From NCBI GenBank assembly GCA_030295235.1, contig AP026127.1, positions 1,178,001-1,242,000 of the forward strand: a stretch of 64,000 nucleotides of DNA, in the 5' to 3' direction. A program made the translations under genes and the position numbers. Within the stretch, counting starts at the first letter, position 1. Each line of letters starts with the position of its first letter. Positions 61,718 to 64,000 of the stretch are shown in pieces. A model generated the notes under the pieces. The model was not told the origin of the DNA. It searched no databases and saw only the letters and a list, made by a program, of their open reading frames with translations. The DNA is from Fistulifera solaris. Taxonomy: Eukaryota.

Positions 61718-62823
61718 GTTTTTCTTACTATTCGTATCTTCCATACGCTCTTCACGCCTTGAGAGGAGCTTAAACGGGAGATTCTACTAATTCAATCAAT
61801 GTTTTTACTAAGTTATCGGAGTTAATAACCTATCTCGTGTAAGATACAGTTGAAATGTGTTTGGAAGTTACATCATGATGATTCTACCTCATCGACGAAT
61901 TTGCTTTCGCTTCGTTCTTGTTTTCCTATCCAGCATATCTTTTTCTTTTAAAAATAAATAGAGACAGGTTGCTCTTTCGCGGGCTTCTGGATGAAAGAAC
62001 ATGTGTAACCTCCAGTGCCGCTTACCGCCAGTTATTAGTCATCTATTCTCATTCATCACACTTTCCAAATGAATGGCTGGACGAACTGAACGTTTGTATC
62101 AAGACGTTGATTGCGAGTCAAAGAGCCCGCGATCTCCACAACGTAGATCATTCTACTTATAGAGCTTCAGTTGACGAAGAAGATTGAGCAATGAAAGCTA
62201 GTACAACTCTCGGTGTTAATCTCGCACCGATGCATACCTGCATACTTCAATCGTTCGAGATCATCGATCTTCCTGTTGATACTTCAGCTTCATGACTTGC
62301 TGAGGTGAATTAGAAGGTATTCCGAGTTCCAATTGCAAGCCTAGTTTCGAGTCGATAGTCAGTGTCGACAAACCCTGCTTGCTGGTATGCAATTTTGTGA
62401 CGAGGATGTGTGCAGTTTTGCGTTTTCACTGGTTCACGTTTCCTTCGTCCACTCACGACCCACTCTGTAGAGTGAATACAGTGCCACTACGGCATACGGC
62501 ATACGGCACTCAACTGTCCCTAAATCCTAACAGTTGCTACTTTGTAGGTCAGACTGCGTCACGCATGACCTAATTGCCTTCGGCTTTGACTACAAACATC
62601 ACGTATTTCTGAGTTCAACCGTGACTAAGCTCTCGATATTTTTAGTACAAAACTGTACTGCGCACTGTTGCACTCCGCTTTTCTCGCTCGTTTTCTGGGT
62701 GAAAACTCGCGGCTTGCGGTATTGGCATCTCTCTTTTTCCACCGATTCATTCCAGCGGCCAAAATGTTTCATTGAAAACAGTTGCGGCACGACTACCATT
62801 GCAAGCTGCAATCAACCATTTCA

Positions 62824-63345
62824 ATGAATATGCACCGCATGAGATCCTTCTCTCCTTTTATTGCACCCAACACGGAGAATCCTCCTTGTCCGGTGGTGAC
62901 CATTGAAGTGGCACCGTTGGAGGGAATTGATTTTCGACACGCGAGCGCGAACAAGCGAAACAAGGCGCATGGCGGTTTGTCAACAGCGAGTGCGACAGAA
63001 ATCAGCAGCATCAGTACAACGCCATCCTTTGAAAAGTCGGTCAAGGTGAGCTCCTCGCATACCAGAGCCTCGCAAGCTCCTTCTTGTCAATCTCCCGTCA
63101 GCCACAAGAGCCGATCGCGCACGAATCACACATCGGAGGATGGCACGACTGCTCCGGAAATGGAAACGTACAAAGCCATGTTGAAGAAAACGACACGACT
63201 GAGTAAGAAATCACCCATGCGTCAACAGCATCACCTCAGCAAAGAGTCTTTGGCCAATTACAAGGATTTGGTGGCCGTGCAACATCGCGATGCTCGTCGG
63301 AAACACAAGCTTCTGGGTTTGCCTCCGGCGTCTATACAATACTAG
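62824..63345 (+). CDS. Ser/Thr-rich hypothetical protein
   Basis: ATG-initiated ORF of about 173 aa with coding-like composition; no recognisable domain. Confidence 0.45.
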   Translation: MNMHRMRSFSPFIAPNTENPPCPVVTIEVAPLEGIDFRHASANKRNKAHGGLSTASATEISSISTTPSFEKSVKVSSSHTRASQAPSCQSPVSHKSRSRTNHTSEDGTTAPEMETYKAMLKKTTRLSKKSPMRQQHHLSKESLANYKDLVAVQHRDARRKHKLLGLPPASIQY

Positions 63346-64000
63346 AATTCTTCCCCAAGCATCGCTATGAAGTGTTTTGAATAGAATGAGAATGAGACGA
63401 ACTGCAAAATTATATTACCATAATCTCTAAATCTCGCTTGCTTTTGACAATATCAGTTGAATTACAGGGTACCATGGCTACACTTGTTCTAGCGTTTATC
63501 TTCAATACCCAAATAAGTAATGATGAGTTTGAGACGCGACTATTCATCGTCAATAGCACAAATACTTTTCGAAGCACAAAAACAAAAACTACAATTTGTT
63601 CGATAAAATGGAGACCTTACGCCGCAAAACATTCGACGCCTCACGTACAACAACCCCACTACCTAAGCATAACGTTGAAAATCTATTAGTACCGCTCTCA
63701 GGAAAGCTTAGAGAGCGTTCGAAGGCAGTATACTAGGGTTCCTAATGGTTCGGGAACTTTGTCGAGCTAATTCGGACCCGCCCCCCAAACCGGAGGACCA
63801 ATGGCTGTCCTCCTCACGAATAACTGATGATCCTACATTTCTTTTCTCGGTATTTAGATAGAAGCGATCGAAGCATGTTAATATTTGCAAAGAAAGCCTC
63901 AAATTGGCTTCTTTCCATCGATTTGTGCCCGTTATCCTTTTCATTGAATAATTACTGTAGCCTTTAAGTGTAGATTACTTTTTTCGCGACTGGATTTTAG

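Noticed and set aside
63708..63944. 78-aa minus-strand ORF at the window end
   Set aside because: No recognisable features; it could be a terminal exon but this cannot be supported here.

Overview
Gene-dense eukaryotic nuclear DNA, most likely from a pennate diatom. The evidence is short GT-AG introns, bipartite signal + ASAF-type plastid-targeting peptides, and a gene set and expanded hypothetical family that resemble Fistulifera-type genomes; the species assignment is inference only. About 26 protein-coding loci are present, including PP2A-C, NDUFV1, ThrRS, CDPK, MGDG synthase, an MscS-like channel, an ELG1/ATAD5-like AAA+ ATPase, glucosidase II beta, mTERF, DCN1, a SET methyltransferase and a PsbP-like protein. 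Many, including essential ones, are broken by 1-nt indels in homopolymer runs, which points to assembly error, so several gene models here are manual reconstructions. The most unusual items are: (1) a plastid-targeted fusion of a FIST sensor domain to a catalytically degenerate indole-3-glycerol-phosphate synthase; (2) an orphan Cys/His-domain + 2OG-Fe(II) dioxygenase-like ORF directly followed by a 52-bp tandem array built on a perfect 23-bp palindrome, with a second array of the same family 35 kb away; (3) a 213/202-bp tandem array whose ~70-bp core is conserved and foldable while the rest has diverged; (4) a ~330-bp foldback MITE upstream of ThrRS. No rRNA, tRNA or CRISPR locus was found.
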